Counted from the stretch's first letter, positions 38,693 through 49,278 are shown. The stretch is DNA of 64,000 nt from Methanomassiliicoccaceae archaeon (GCA_040776945.1 JAXGZN010000002.1:160001-224000), one strand, 5' to 3'. The notes: generated by a model not told the origin, from the sequence alone. Numbers and translations: made by a program.

Positions 38693-39943
38693 GTGAGCGC
38701 TCGGCCCCACTGGACCAGGAAGTTCTTTACCATATGGACGGGCCAGGCGTTCTCCCTTGTCGGCAGCAACCTGGTGCAGTTCGCCCTGATATGGTGGCTT
38801 ACCATAGAGACAGGCTCGGCCATCGTGCTGACCTTGGCGATGGTCATGGGCGTCCTTCCACAGGTCTTCCTCACACCGCTCGCCGGGGCCTACGTTGACC
38901 GGTGGAACCGCAAGCGCACTATGATCGCTGCCGATGGCCTCACCGCCCTTGTCACCCTGTTCCTGATGGTCTCCTTCGCCCTTGGAACAGTGGACATCGT
39001 GCAGATCATGCTCGTCCTCTTGCTCCGCTCCTTCTTCTCCGGATTCCACTGGCCGGCGATGCAGGCGTCCACCACCCTCATGGTCCCGGATGCCCACCTT
39101 GCACGGATCAGCGGCCTCAACGAGGCGATTCGCGGCCTGGCATCCATTGCCGCTCCTCCCCTGGGCGCGGTGCTGATGGCCCTCCTGCCGATGTACATGG
39201 TGCTCTCAGTGGACCTGATAACCGCGGCCATCGCCATCCTCGCGCTGGTGGCGGTGGCCATCCCCGAGGTGCGCAGGTCGGAGGGCCGCATCGCCAAGTC
39301 GGTTATCGCCGACCTGAAGGACGCGTTCCATTACATCCGCTCGTGGAAGGGGGCGCTGTGGATGACCATCATATTCATGCTCATCAACTTCCTCATCAAT
39401 CCGGCCTTCGCCCTGCTGCCCCTCCTCACGCTGGAGCACTTCGGCGGCGGGGCCATGGAGTATGCCGCCCTGGAATCGTTGGCCGGCGCAGGCATGATCA
39501 CCGGGGGGCTCGCTCTCGGCGTCTGGGGAGGGACCTCGAGGAAGATCGTGACCTGCATGGCCGCGACCGGTATGTGCGGCCTGGGTGTCGGTCTGATCGG
39601 CCTGCTGCCGCCTAGCGGTTACATATGGGCGGCCTTCGGATGCCTGCTCATCGGTCTCTCGCTGCCGATCATCAACGGCACGATCGTGGCCATAATGCAG
39701 AGGGGCGTGCGGGCGGACTACCAGGGCCGGGTGCTCGCCATCCTGGGCTCGGGAGTGGCGGCCATGACCCCGGTGGGCCTCGTTCTCGCCGGCCCCATCT
39801 CAGAGCTTATCGGCATCCAGGCATGGTTCCTCCTGGGGGGCTCGGCGATGGTGTTCACCGCCCTGGGATCGATGTTCATGCCGGCCATCATGCGCATGGA
39901 GGACCATCGACCCGAGGCCGTGCCCGTGGAAACAACCCCGTGA
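38693..39943 (+). CDS. MFS efflux transporter (DHA3/MefA-like)
   Basis: FFTIWTGQAFSLVGS..VQFALIWWLT, GAYVDRWNRKR.MI.AD; GTG after GGAGG. Confidence 0.88.
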   Translation: MSARPHWTRKFFTIWTGQAFSLVGSNLVQFALIWWLTIETGSAIVLTLAMVMGVLPQVFLTPLAGAYVDRWNRKRTMIAADGLTALVTLFLMVSFALGTVDIVQIMLVLLLRSFFSGFHWPAMQASTTLMVPDAHLARISGLNEAIRGLASIAAPPLGAVLMALLPMYMVLSVDLITAAIAILALVAVAIPEVRRSEGRIAKSVIADLKDAFHYIRSWKGALWMTIIFMLINFLINPAFALLPLLTLEHFGGGAMEYAALESLAGAGMITGGLALGVWGGTSRKIVTCMAATGMCGLGVGLIGLLPPSGYIWAAFGCLLIGLSLPIINGTIVAIMQRGVRADYQGRVLAILGSGVAAMTPVGLVLAGPISELIGIQAWFLLGGSAMVFTALGSMFMPAIMRMEDHRPEAVPVETTP

Positions 39944-39984
39944 TGAGGGCAGGTTGAACTCCCGATAGCTCCCATCAATGATGC

Positions 39985-42000
39985 ATGGAGAACCACGAGG
40001 ACCATTCCCAGGCCGGTCACGACCTTCCGATGGAGCACGGCATAGGTGAGCAGGACAGGCATCGGAGCATAGGCCATGGAGATATGGCAAAGGACATGCT
40101 GCGCCGTTTCATCGTTTGCGTCATCCTTACAGCGCCCATCCTTGCTCTCACGCCCGAGGTCCAGCAGCTGTTCGGCGTATCATTGGAGGTGCCGTTCGCC
40201 GACCTTTCGCTTCTGGCGCTTTCCACCATTGTTTACGCCTATGGCGGCTGGCCGTTCCTTACGGGTCTTGTCCGAGAGCTGAGGGAGCGTCTCCCGGGCA
40301 TGATGACGCTCATCGGCCTGGCCATCACCGTGGCCTATGTGTACAGCGCCGCCTCGGTGCTGCTCATCCAGGGTACGGTCTTCTTCTGGGAGCTGGCCAC
40401 CCTGATCGACGTGATGCTGCTGGGCCACTACCTGGAGATGCGCTCGATGCGGGGCGCGTCGAGGGCGCTGGAGGAGCTCGCTCGAATGCTGCCGGCGGAG
40501 GCCGAGGTCGTCCGGGGCGGAGAGGTCGTGAAGGTCCCCTCCCGGGAGCTTATGCTTGGGGACATCGTGCTCGTCCGTCCCGGCTCCAAGGTGCCCACTG
40601 ACGGCGAGGTGGTGAGCGGGGAGAGCGACGTCAACGAGTCGCTGCTGACCGGTGAGTCCCGTCCGGTGGGCAAGCGGCCGGGCGATCAGGCCATCGGCGG
40701 CTCCGTCAACGGCGAGGGCTCGCTGACCATCAAGGTCACGCGCACCGGCCGTGATACCTACCTCAGCCAGGTCATCGACCTGGTCCGCCGGGCCCAGGAG
40801 AGCCGGTCCCGCAGCCAGGACATCGCCGATCGCGCGGCCTTGCTGCTGACCGTCATCGCTCTGGCCAGCGGGGCGCTGACCTTCGCGGCCTGGCTGCTGG
40901 CCGGCGAGAGCGCCGGCTTCGCGGTGGAGCGGGCGGTGACGGTCATGGTGATCTGCTGCCCTCATGCCCTGGGCCTCGCCATCCCCCTGGTGGTGGCGAT
41001 ATCCACCGTCCTCGCGGCCCGCTCCGGCTTCCTGGTCCGGGAAAGGAACGCCTTCGAGCGGGCGAGGAACGTGGACACCGTGGTGTTCGACAAGACCGGC
41101 ACCCTAACCGAGGGAGACTTCCGGGTGGTAGGCATCACGCCGTACGGCGGCATGAGCGAGGATGAAGCGCTCCGCGCCGCTGCGGCCGTGGAGTCCTACT
41201 CGGAGCACTCCATCGCCCGGGGCATCGTGGCGTCGGCCAGGGAGCGCGGCCTCGAGCCCATGGAGGCCATCGAGTTCCGCGCCCTGCCGGGCAAGGGGGC
41301 GCGAGCGATGGTGAGCGGCCGAGAGGCGCTGATGCTCTCTCCCTCCGCTGCGGCGGAGATGGGCATCGAGGGGGTGCCGGACCTCGCCCCTCTTTCCGCG
41401 GGAGGCCGCACGGTGGTGCTCCTGGCCTGCCAGGGCAGGGCGCAGGCGGCCTTCGCTCTCGCCGACAGGGTCCGGCCGGTGTCGAAGGAGGCCATCGACG
41501 AGCTGAGATCGAGGGGCATCCGCTCGGTGATGATCACTGGGGACAGCCCTGAGGTCGCGGAGGACGTGGCCAGGGAGTTGGGGATGGATGAGTTCCGAGC
41601 CTCGGTGAGGCCGGAGGAGAAGGCTGCAGCGGTTGCCTGTATGCAGAGCGGGCACGTCGTGGCCATGGTGGGCGACGGGGTGAACGACGCGCCGGCGCTG
41701 GTGCAGGCCGACATCGGCATCGCCATCGGCGCCGGCACGGACGTCGCGGTCAGTTCGGCGGACATAATCCTGGTGCGCAACGATCCCCGTGACGTCCCAA
41801 AGGTCATCGACCTGTCGAAGAGGACATACTCCAAGATGGTGCAGAACCTGATCTACGCGACCGGGTACAACGCCGTTGCCATCCCTATGGCCGCCGGCGT
41901 CCTGGCATCGCAGGGCGTGGTGCTGACCCCGGCGGCGGGCGCGGCCCTGATGAGCATCTCCACCATCGTGGTGGCGGTCAACGCCCGGCTGCTGCGGTGA
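39985..42000 (+). CDS. copB: copper-translocating P1B-type ATPase (CPH type)
   Basis: His-rich N-terminus, TGES, CCPHALG, DKTGT, GDGVNDAPA, YN and MxxS transmembrane motifs. Confidence 0.9.
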   Translation: MENHEDHSQAGHDLPMEHGIGEQDRHRSIGHGDMAKDMLRRFIVCVILTAPILALTPEVQQLFGVSLEVPFADLSLLALSTIVYAYGGWPFLTGLVRELRERLPGMMTLIGLAITVAYVYSAASVLLIQGTVFFWELATLIDVMLLGHYLEMRSMRGASRALEELARMLPAEAEVVRGGEVVKVPSRELMLGDIVLVRPGSKVPTDGEVVSGESDVNESLLTGESRPVGKRPGDQAIGGSVNGEGSLTIKVTRTGRDTYLSQVIDLVRRAQESRSRSQDIADRAALLLTVIALASGALTFAAWLLAGESAGFAVERAVTVMVICCPHALGLAIPLVVAISTVLAARSGFLVRERNAFERARNVDTVVFDKTGTLTEGDFRVVGITPYGGMSEDEALRAAAAVESYSEHSIARGIVASARERGLEPMEAIEFRALPGKGARAMVSGREALMLSPSAAAEMGIEGVPDLAPLSAGGRTVVLLACQGRAQAAFALADRVRPVSKEAIDELRSRGIRSVMITGDSPEVAEDVARELGMDEFRASVRPEEKAAAVACMQSGHVVAMVGDGVNDAPALVQADIGIAIGAGTDVAVSSADIILVRNDPRDVPKVIDLSKRTYSKMVQNLIYATGYNAVAIPMAAGVLASQGVVLTPAAGAALMSISTIVVAVNARLLR

Positions 42001-42413
42001 AAATTAAGTACAGGGGCGCCGTAGGGATGGCCATGCGCTGCTCCCACTGCCAGAAATGCTGCAGGGATACCATGATGGAGCTCAGCGAGGCGGACATCGC
42101 TAGGCTGGAGCGGCGCGGATACAGAAGGTCAGAGTTCTCTTACATCGGCGTGGACAAGATCCCGCGGTTGAGGAACGTAGGGACCTGGTGCTACTTCTAC
42201 GATCCGGAGAGGAAGCGGTGCCGGGAATACCGCTCGCGCCCCTTGGGCTGCGCGCTGTACCCGGTGAACGTGGACGAGGACGGCAGGACAATCATAGACG
42301 CGATCTGCCCTGAAGCGCAGAGCCTTGACGGCAGGGAGCTGCAGCTCAAGGGCCGGAGGCTCAGGATGCTTCTTGCGACCATCGACGCGGAGGCGAAGCG
42401 CCGTCAACCGTAG
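41997..42413 (+). CDS. YkgJ/UPF0153 family Cys-cluster protein
   Basis: CSHCQKCC, CYFYD..C..Y..RP.GC..YP; start may be ATG 42028 region. Confidence 0.85.
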   Translation: MKIKYRGAVGMAMRCSHCQKCCRDTMMELSEADIARLERRGYRRSEFSYIGVDKIPRLRNVGTWCYFYDPERKRCREYRSRPLGCALYPVNVDEDGRTIIDAICPEAQSLDGRELQLKGRRLRMLLATIDAEAKRRQP

Positions 42414-43381
42414 CGCTCCAACGCCATGGTGGCCGCCCCGATGGCCCCGGCGATGTCTCCCAGCGCGGACGGCACGATGCTGAGGCCGGCTTTCGCCGGG
42501 ACCAGGCACTGCTCCACGGCACCCCGCATAACCATGCCCAGGAGATCAGGGAAGCCGAAGAGCACCGCTCCTCCCAAGACGACCCGCTCGGGATTCAGCG
42601 AGTTGATGACGCTGGCCACCGCCGATGAAAGCGCCGCGGCCATATCATCCCGTATGCGAAGGGAGAGGGGATCACCGGACGACGCGGCCTCCGAGATCAT
42701 GCGGCCGTTCAGCCTGTCCAGGTCCTCGCGGCACGCTGCCGCCAGCGCCGGGCTGGCGCCGGGGTCCTCGAGCAGAAGGGAGCGCGCCCGGGCCTCCACG
42801 TTCCTGCCTCCGGCATACGCTTCCACGCAGCCCCGGCGCCCGCAGGAGCACAGCGGGCCGTCCATGCATACCGATATGTGGCCGAAATGGCCGCCGCAGC
42901 CGGTGGCACCCTCCAGCAGCCTGCCGCCGACGATGGCGCCTCCGCCGATGCCGGTGCCCACGAACAGGCAGGCCAGGTCATCGACGTCCTTGCCGGCGCC
43001 CTGCCTCCACTCTCCGAACGTGGCCATGACCACGTCGTTGCGCAGGACCACCTTCGCCCGGACCCGCGCGGAGAGCAGGTCCCGGAAGGGGACGTCCGGC
43101 CAGAACAGGTTCGGCCCGCACCTTACCACTCCGAGGCAGCTGTCGCATTGGCCGGCGATCCCGACGCCGACAGGGCAGCCGGACCCGTGGTCCAGAGCTA
43201 TCACCATTCTAGAGACCTGCTCCAGCACCCCTTCCGGCCCGCCCGGCACGTCGGTGCGTTCCCGCAGCACCTCTACCACCGTGCCGTTCTCGACCCTGGC
43301 CGCACGGATGTTGGTATGGCCGATGTCGATGCCGATCGATCGCCGCTTCCCCATGAGCCCCACAACGACCGTAAGGTTCAT
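42404..43381 (-). CDS. ROK family sugar kinase
   Basis: GIDIGHT, GTGIGGG, CSCGRRGCVEAY, SALGD.AG.IGA; start may be 43354. Confidence 0.88.
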   Translation of the reverse strand: MNLTVVVGLMGKRRSIGIDIGHTNIRAARVENGTVVEVLRERTDVPGGPEGVLEQVSRMVIALDHGSGCPVGVGIAGQCDSCLGVVRCGPNLFWPDVPFRDLLSARVRAKVVLRNDVVMATFGEWRQGAGKDVDDLACLFVGTGIGGGAIVGGRLLEGATGCGGHFGHISVCMDGPLCSCGRRGCVEAYAGGRNVEARARSLLLEDPGASPALAAACREDLDRLNGRMISEAASSGDPLSLRIRDDMAAALSSAVASVINSLNPERVVLGGAVLFGFPDLLGMVMRGAVEQCLVPAKAGLSIVPSALGDIAGAIGAATMALERYG

Positions 43382-43493
43382 GAGCCTATTGTCCCCCGGA
43401 CTCGGCCTTCAGGCGGCCCAAGGCTCATTATGGATGCCGGCAGATTTTAGGCCAAGTTATATAACCAGGCCAGTGAAGTAGCGAGAAAGAAGG

Positions 43494-44060
43494 ATGCAGC
43501 AGATGAGATGCAACAATTGTGGTAACGAGAACGCTGTGGGAGCGGCGTTCTGCATGGAATGCGGCTCTCCGTTAGGGGTTGAACCTTTGGCGTCCCATCC
43601 GGCCCCTCCGCCCGTTCAGCAGCCGGCCGCCCAGCCGCCCCCTCCGCCGGCGCCTGTCCCGCCGCTGCCAGTCCAGCTGATCCAGCCGCCTAGGGTACCT
43701 ACGGTAAGGAGCGTACACTTGGGCGATGTGCTCTTCCTCATAGCATCGGCGCTGCTTCTAGCGGCCGGGTTCGACAACTTCGCCTCGCTTTCCCAGTTCG
43801 TGCAGGGCCAGTTCGTACTTTTGGGCATGTTTGGCATAGTAGGCGGCCTTTTATTCGCTGGAATGGTCATAATGCCCTATCTGATGAGGCCTATCGCGAG
43901 ATACATGGATGCCATCGTGTTCGGCCTCTCGGCCATCTTCCTGTTCTGGGGAGTGGCGGCCATGTTCGGCAACAACATCGGTCTCGACGGCGGCCTGGTG
44001 TTCATAGGCGGCCTGTTCGGCCTCGCGGGAATGGGCCTTAAGATGGGCATCATCCGGTGA
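43494..44060 (+). CDS. zinc-ribbon plus Pro-rich linker plus 4-TM membrane protein
   Basis: CNNCG..N...AAFCMECG, PAPPPVQQPAAQPPPPP, hydrophobic C-terminus. Confidence 0.8.
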   Translation: MQQMRCNNCGNENAVGAAFCMECGSPLGVEPLASHPAPPPVQQPAAQPPPPPAPVPPLPVQLIQPPRVPTVRSVHLGDVLFLIASALLLAAGFDNFASLSQFVQGQFVLLGMFGIVGGLLFAGMVIMPYLMRPIARYMDAIVFGLSAIFLFWGVAAMFGNNIGLDGGLVFIGGLFGLAGMGLKMGIIR

Positions 44061-44371
44061 AAAGCGCCAGCCCATCCCTCATCTTTTTTTACGCTCCATC
44101 ACCTTTTAGCTCCTCGCACAATAAGGCAAGGCCGTTCCGGACCCTCCTGCCACGGCCGCTGGCCGCGTAGGGCGGACTCTTGGTGGACGTTCTCATCCCA
44201 GCTGCTGGTTAAGGGATTGTCCTCTCTTCTGACCTTAAAGCGTAGTTGCTTGATCTGCCCCGCGGCTCATTGCCGTCGATCGGCGACCGCAATAGAAAAG
44301 TATGGCCAAGAGATACATCATCGTTCATCTGGTCAGCGACCTCCCCCCCCCGCTTGGACCAAGAGGGCATC

Positions 44372-45010
44372 ATGAGGATCGGCATCATCGCTTGCGAGAC
44401 CTTCGAAAGGGCCCTCGAGGCCCTTCTCGAGGATGAAAAGGACATCGTCCACAAGGAGTACTTGGAGTTCGGCCTCCACATCCATCCAGAGGAGCTGAAG
44501 AGAGTGGTCCTTGAAAGGATCGGCCTGCTCGAGGGAAAGGTCGACGCGGTGCTCCTCGGCTACGGCATATGCAGTTCGCTGAAGGACATCGCCGGCCAGG
44601 TGCGTGTACCGACCGTCCAATTGAACGGTGACGACTGCATAGGGGTGCTCCTCACCTCCGAGGAGTACGACAGGGAGCGTAAGATATGTGCCGGCACGAT
44701 GTACCACACCCCGTACTTCTCCAAGATGGGTCGGGAATGGTTCGAGCGCCGGCTTAGGGAGCAGATGCCCGATCACGAGGAGGCGGGCATCGACGTGGAC
44801 TGGTACCTGAGGACAATGTTCAACGGCTACCAGCGCGTGCTGTTCATCGACGATGGCCTTGGCAACATGGAGGAGTTCGAGGCCCTATCTCAGCAGTTCG
44901 CACGGGAGCTGGACCTGAGGTACGAGCGTCGATGCGGAACGCTAGAGACGCTCAAGGACGGCATCGCTCGGACCAAGGAGCTGGCGCGTGCCATCGAAGT
45001 CACGCGTTAG
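44372..45010 (+). CDS. DUF1638 domain protein
   Basis: IIAC, FGLHIHPEEL, LGYGICS, DDCI.VLL, Y.RVLFIDDG. Confidence 0.82.
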   Translation: MRIGIIACETFERALEALLEDEKDIVHKEYLEFGLHIHPEELKRVVLERIGLLEGKVDAVLLGYGICSSLKDIAGQVRVPTVQLNGDDCIGVLLTSEEYDRERKICAGTMYHTPYFSKMGREWFERRLREQMPDHEEAGIDVDWYLRTMFNGYQRVLFIDDGLGNMEEFEALSQQFARELDLRYERRCGTLETLKDGIARTKELARAIEVTR

Positions 45011-45019
45011 ACGCGAGAA

Positions 45020-45877
45020 TCACACGTGGGCCCGCATCAGCGAGCGGTCTACGACCTCCGGCCCCTCGTTCACGAACTTCTCCAGCTCATCGTTCAGGCG
45101 GTCCCTTTCCTCGTAGCAGAACCCGTGGCCGCCGTTCTCGAACCTCACGATCGAAGAACCTCTTATGAGCTCTCTCTGCCGCTCGGCAAGGGCGAACGGG
45201 ACGATCCTATCGTTCACCGCGTGGAAGATCCTGGTGTGGATATCGATGTTCCCGATCTCATCGCGCAGATCGCGGTCCCTGAGCTCCTCGAACCCGCGGA
45301 CGGTGGACCTGTTCGGTGCCATCAGTCCCATCTGGTCGTACCATCGCAGGAGCTCGTCGCTCACCTTGGTGCTGAAGAACTTCCGATTGAACTCGCTCTT
45401 GGCCCTGGCGAAGTCTCCGCGCTCGGCATCGATGATGTCCGTGATGGTCTCGGCTGGGACACCGTCGGGGAAGTCGTCCTCGGCCTGCAGCTTGGGGACC
45501 GGCGCTGCCAACAATGCCAATCTGACGACGCGGGGGTCCCGGGAGGTCGCCGCATAATGGGCGGCGATGGCCCCGCCCATGGAGAACCCTGCCAGGGTAA
45601 CGTCGTTCAGCCCTAGCACGGAGATGACACGGCCGACATCGCTGGCCCAGGTATCGTAATCGAGACCGTCCCAGGTCTTGGTGGAGTGGCCGAACCCTCT
45701 GAGGTCCAGGGCCACGACGCGTATGCCTCTCGCAGGGAGTTCCATGGACTGCGCGTCGAACATCCTAAGGCAGTGCGGCCAGCCATGGACAAGGACCAGC
45801 GGCCGGCCCTCCCCCCAGTCCTGAACGTGGAGCTCCACGCCAGGTTCCACCTCTATGTAACCGGTAACGTTCGCCAT
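45020..45877 (-). CDS. alpha/beta hydrolase (non-heme haloperoxidase/arylesterase-like)
   Basis: HGWP, DLRGFGHS, GFSMGG nucleophile, D-x-I-V-P and GH triad residues. Confidence 0.9.
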   Translation of the reverse strand: MANVTGYIEVEPGVELHVQDWGEGRPLVLVHGWPHCLRMFDAQSMELPARGIRVVALDLRGFGHSTKTWDGLDYDTWASDVGRVISVLGLNDVTLAGFSMGGAIAAHYAATSRDPRVVRLALLAAPVPKLQAEDDFPDGVPAETITDIIDAERGDFARAKSEFNRKFFSTKVSDELLRWYDQMGLMAPNRSTVRGFEELRDRDLRDEIGNIDIHTRIFHAVNDRIVPFALAERQRELIRGSSIVRFENGGHGFCYEERDRLNDELEKFVNEGPEVVDRSLMRAHV

Positions 45878-45927
45878 AGTTATCGCTTACTTGTGCCGGT
45901 CTTTGATTAATAAGCATTATCCGTTCC

Positions 45928-46503
45928 CTAATCAGAATATGGGAGGTTTTGCGACCTTACGTCGTCAGCATAGGGGGCGGCGGTCCAAGGGTCTGTCGAG
46001 CCATTCCTAACCAGGGGCGGGGAGGCCGGGAGATCCATCACCATGTACCATCCTCTTTCTCCTGCCCCATAGCCGATCTCGCACACCGGCCGGAAACTCA
46101 GCCGCTCCCAGAAGGGCCTGGCGTCCAGCACCGCCACCAGGGCACACCTCGATAATCGATGTGCGGCGGCCATGGCCACAGCCTCTCGGACCAACAGGGA
46201 GGCGATGCCCACCCCGCGGCGTTCAGGACGCACCGCCAGGTCGTGGATGAACAGATCGGCCTTGGCGGTCGGAATGACGATCCGCTTCGAACCGAACGGC
46301 GCGACCGTTCCAGTGGGCCATGGGTGGCAGAACAGGTAGCCGGCGAGGACGTCTCCATCGAACGCTCCCCGGGCGCCTTCGGGCCAGATCTCGAGCTTGC
46401 GCGCGAAGGAGGCCGCGGGCTCGATCAGCCCATCAGGATAGGCGCTCCGTTGGACCTCCATCACCCCGGGGAGATCGCACAAGCTCAGCGTTCGGATCAG
46501 CAC
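45928..46503 (-). CDS. GNAT acetyltransferase
   Basis: IHDLAVRPERRGVGIA (motif A), FWERLSF; start uncertain. Confidence 0.78.
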   Translation of the reverse strand: MLIRTLSLCDLPGVMEVQRSAYPDGLIEPAASFARKLEIWPEGARGAFDGDVLAGYLFCHPWPTGTVAPFGSKRIVIPTAKADLFIHDLAVRPERRGVGIASLLVREAVAMAAAHRLSRCALVAVLDARPFWERLSFRPVCEIGYGAGERGWYMVMDLPASPPLVRNGSTDPWTAAPYADDVRSQNLPYSD

Positions 46504-47513
46504 TTCTTCCGCCAACCCGTGGGAGGTGATAAGCCTGGCGCCCGCTCCTTGGGCACGATGTCCCGCGGCCCGAGCCATTGGGGATGCCTCGAAGTGCCAT
46601 CGTACGCGTCCGTGGTCTTGTAGGCCTCCAGCCTTCCGTCCCTGGCGGCCCCAGCGGCTCGAAGCCGCAGTGACCGCATCTCCTCGCCGGTAAGCTGCCG
46701 AAAGCTCCGCCCGGCGGCGGCCGCTTGCTCAACCAAGGCCATCGACCCGCAGCCGGTGATGACCACGCTGGTGGGCAGGCTCATCGCGTAATGCAAGCAC
46801 TCGATGGGGCCCAGGACCCCGGTCTCCGGAAGCCTTCCCGCGGCCATTGGCTTCATGCCCAGCACCGCGATCCCCTGCTCCACCAGCCTTGGGAGCACTC
46901 TCTGCTCGAAACTGTCGTAACTGGCGTCGAGCACGTTCAGCGGCATCTGGACGGCGTCGAAGCGGAACCCCAGGGACTCGGCCATGTCCAGCATCAGGTT
47001 GTGAATGTCCGGGCTCTTGTGGCCGGTGAAGCCTACGAACCGCACCCTTCCGGCGTCCCTCGCCTCCAGGGCTGCCTCCAGCGCCCCGCCGGCTTCCAGC
47101 ACGCGCTCCGGGTCTTCATGACGAACGATCTCGTGGAACTGCAGAAGGTCGATACGATCGGTACGCAGTCGCTCCATCGATCGCTCCAGCTGCATAGCCG
47201 CCGTCCACCGGTCCCGGCCGTCGATCTTGGTCATGAGGAACACGCGTTCGCGATATCCGTCCTGGAGCGCTCTTCCCATAAGCTCCTCGCTTCTCCCCCC
47301 ATGGTAGTCCCAACAGTTGTCCATAAAATCGATACCAGCGTCGATCGCGGCGCGTATCAGTCGAACGCTCTCCGAGTCCGACAGCTCGGGAACGCCTATA
47401 TGATAGCCGCCCAGGCCTATGGCCGAGACAATGGCCCCCGTCCGTCCGAGGGGGCGTCGTGGCACCGAGGCATTGGACGGTTCGCCCTTGTCAAAACACT
47501 TGACGCTTTCCAT
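46497..47513 (-). CDS. aldo/keto reductase
   Basis: RRPLGRTG..VSAIGLGG, DNCWDYHGG.SE, LMTK, IDLLQFH, GFTGHK. Confidence 0.9.
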   Translation of the reverse strand: MESVKCFDKGEPSNASVPRRPLGRTGAIVSAIGLGGYHIGVPELSDSESVRLIRAAIDAGIDFMDNCWDYHGGRSEELMGRALQDGYRERVFLMTKIDGRDRWTAAMQLERSMERLRTDRIDLLQFHEIVRHEDPERVLEAGGALEAALEARDAGRVRFVGFTGHKSPDIHNLMLDMAESLGFRFDAVQMPLNVLDASYDSFEQRVLPRLVEQGIAVLGMKPMAAGRLPETGVLGPIECLHYAMSLPTSVVITGCGSMALVEQAAAAGRSFRQLTGEEMRSLRLRAAGAARDGRLEAYKTTDAYDGTSRHPQWLGPRDIVPKERAPGLSPPTGWRKKC

Positions 47514-47620
47514 GCTTATGAGCTATCCCTAGACCGCGGTGAAGTACATTTTCCCCAGGGCGCATCTCATGGCCCCAGCGAGGGCGATGCACGAACCGCA
47601 GGCACCTAGGCTAGGCTGGA

Positions 47621-48322
47621 TCAAAGCCGGACCTCGAAGATCTCCCCAGCTGCACCGATGCGGACCCTGCGCGGCATCGCCGCCAGCGCCTCAGCCTTGC
47701 ATCGCGTGCAATGGCAGAGGACCGCGCTCATCTCCGGATTCTCGCCGAGTGAGCGTTCCAGCTCCGCGAGGCCGCAGTCGTGCAGTCCTCCGATCAGATG
47801 CCTCACATGACCGTGCATAGAGCCGCCCGCGAGGACCGCATCCAGTCCCGGGTGGCCGCAGCCGGTCAGGACCGCCGCTCCGCTCTCCCCCCGCAGCACC
47901 AGCGCCTGCTCCGCGATCTCGCCGCCAAGAGGGCCGGTGGCCCATATGCCTGGCTGGACCTCACGTGCCGAACTGACCTCGATGACCGATGACCAGCGGC
48001 CCAGTTCATTCTGCAGGTTCCGGGAGAATCCGGCGGGCACGATGACCTCCAGGGACCTCTTGATCTCAGGGTCCCGGACGATGGCCGGCAGCCCTCCGAT
48101 GTGGTCCCAGTGAGAGTGGGAGATCACCACCCGGTCGATCTCGGATACGGCGGACCCCAGGCGGGAGAGGTTGTCCTTGAGCAAGCGGCCGTCCCATCCG
48201 CAGTCGAAGAGCACGATGCCCTCCTCCGAGCGAACGAGGGCCGAAAAGCCCCATCCCTCTTCGAACCCCGGGAGAGCTGGGGAATCATATGCAATGGATA
48301 TCAGCCACTTTTTTCCGGTCAT
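47621..48322 (-). CDS. metallo-beta-lactamase fold hydrolase (COG1237-like)
   Basis: WGFSAL, LFDCG, SHSHWDHIGG, TGCGHPG, GGLH, HCT. Confidence 0.87.
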   Translation of the reverse strand: MTGKKWLISIAYDSPALPGFEEGWGFSALVRSEEGIVLFDCGWDGRLLKDNLSRLGSAVSEIDRVVISHSHWDHIGGLPAIVRDPEIKRSLEVIVPAGFSRNLQNELGRWSSVIEVSSAREVQPGIWATGPLGGEIAEQALVLRGESGAAVLTGCGHPGLDAVLAGGSMHGHVRHLIGGLHDCGLAELERSLGENPEMSAVLCHCTRCKAEALAAMPRRVRIGAAGEIFEVRL

Positions 48323-48405
48323 CGATCATCAACGTCCGTGAAGCTCATCGCGCAGCCTGGATATAGATTGTGCCGGCCTCCGCGATCAGGCGCATAAACG
48401 CCCTT

Positions 48406-49146
48406 CTACCTAACCCGGACATCCTTGCGGATGTGCTCCAGGATGTAGGCCTTCACTCGAGGAAGGTCCTCGGCCTCGGCGTACACCTGGTTCTGGGCCA
48501 GGGCCTCACCGAGATAGATGACGTTCCTCCTCTCCCGGATCTTGACGGAGGTGACGTCCTTGAACGCGGTGTACATGCTCTGCCTGGACGCGGCCAGCAT
48601 GCCTGCCCCAACCGCGGTCAAGCTGCCCCCGGCAAGGCCTGCCAGGGCGGTCAGGAGGCCCAGGGCCGCGGCGCGGTCGTATTGCTTCTTCAGCTGGATG
48701 TGATGTACGCCCCGGCGGTCCATCTTGAACAGGACATGGTACCGGCCGCCGTACAGCAGGCCGATGATGACGTACGCCGCCAGCGTCAGGGCGGTCAGGA
48801 CCGCAGCACCAATGCCGAACATCGTCAGGGCGAACATCGCCGCATCCTCGACGCCGTCGGCCAGGGCCAGGACGAAGGCCAGCAGGGTGACGATGCCCAG
48901 GGAGAGGAACATGACCTTGAGCACGGTGATGAGGATGGTGGGATTGCGCCAGAAAGAGAGCTCGTAGGCCCAGGACAATGAGCCATCAGGGCTCTCGATG
49001 ATGTTGGGGGCCTTCAGATGTGGGGCGAAGCTCCCGCCGCCTCCGGCGGTCGAAACATCGCCGGGCCTCACGCTCTTTCCATCAGGAAGATCGTCGCGGA
49101 AGGCCGCGACATCACCTATTGAGGGACCCCATCGCTCACAGAACAT
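48406..49146 (-). CDS. hypothetical membrane protein with degenerate N-terminal zinc ribbon
   Basis: Two TM helices, beta-rich C-terminus, N-terminus MFCERWG..I.D.A.FR. Confidence 0.7.
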   Translation of the reverse strand: MFCERWGPSIGDVAAFRDDLPDGKSVRPGDVSTAGGGGSFAPHLKAPNIIESPDGSLSWAYELSFWRNPTILITVLKVMFLSLGIVTLLAFVLALADGVEDAAMFALTMFGIGAAVLTALTLAAYVIIGLLYGGRYHVLFKMDRRGVHHIQLKKQYDRAAALGLLTALAGLAGGSLTAVGAGMLAASRQSMYTAFKDVTSVKIRERRNVIYLGEALAQNQVYAEAEDLPRVKAYILEHIRKDVRVR

Positions 49147-49278
49147 GTAATCCGGTCACCATCTCATCTAGAATCCTTAATCTTTTATCGAAATTTAAAG
49201 AAATGTTAATGCGGGATGGTCGTTAGAAAGGTAAAATAAATTGAATCATTATGTATCTCAATGGATGAAATTGAGAGC

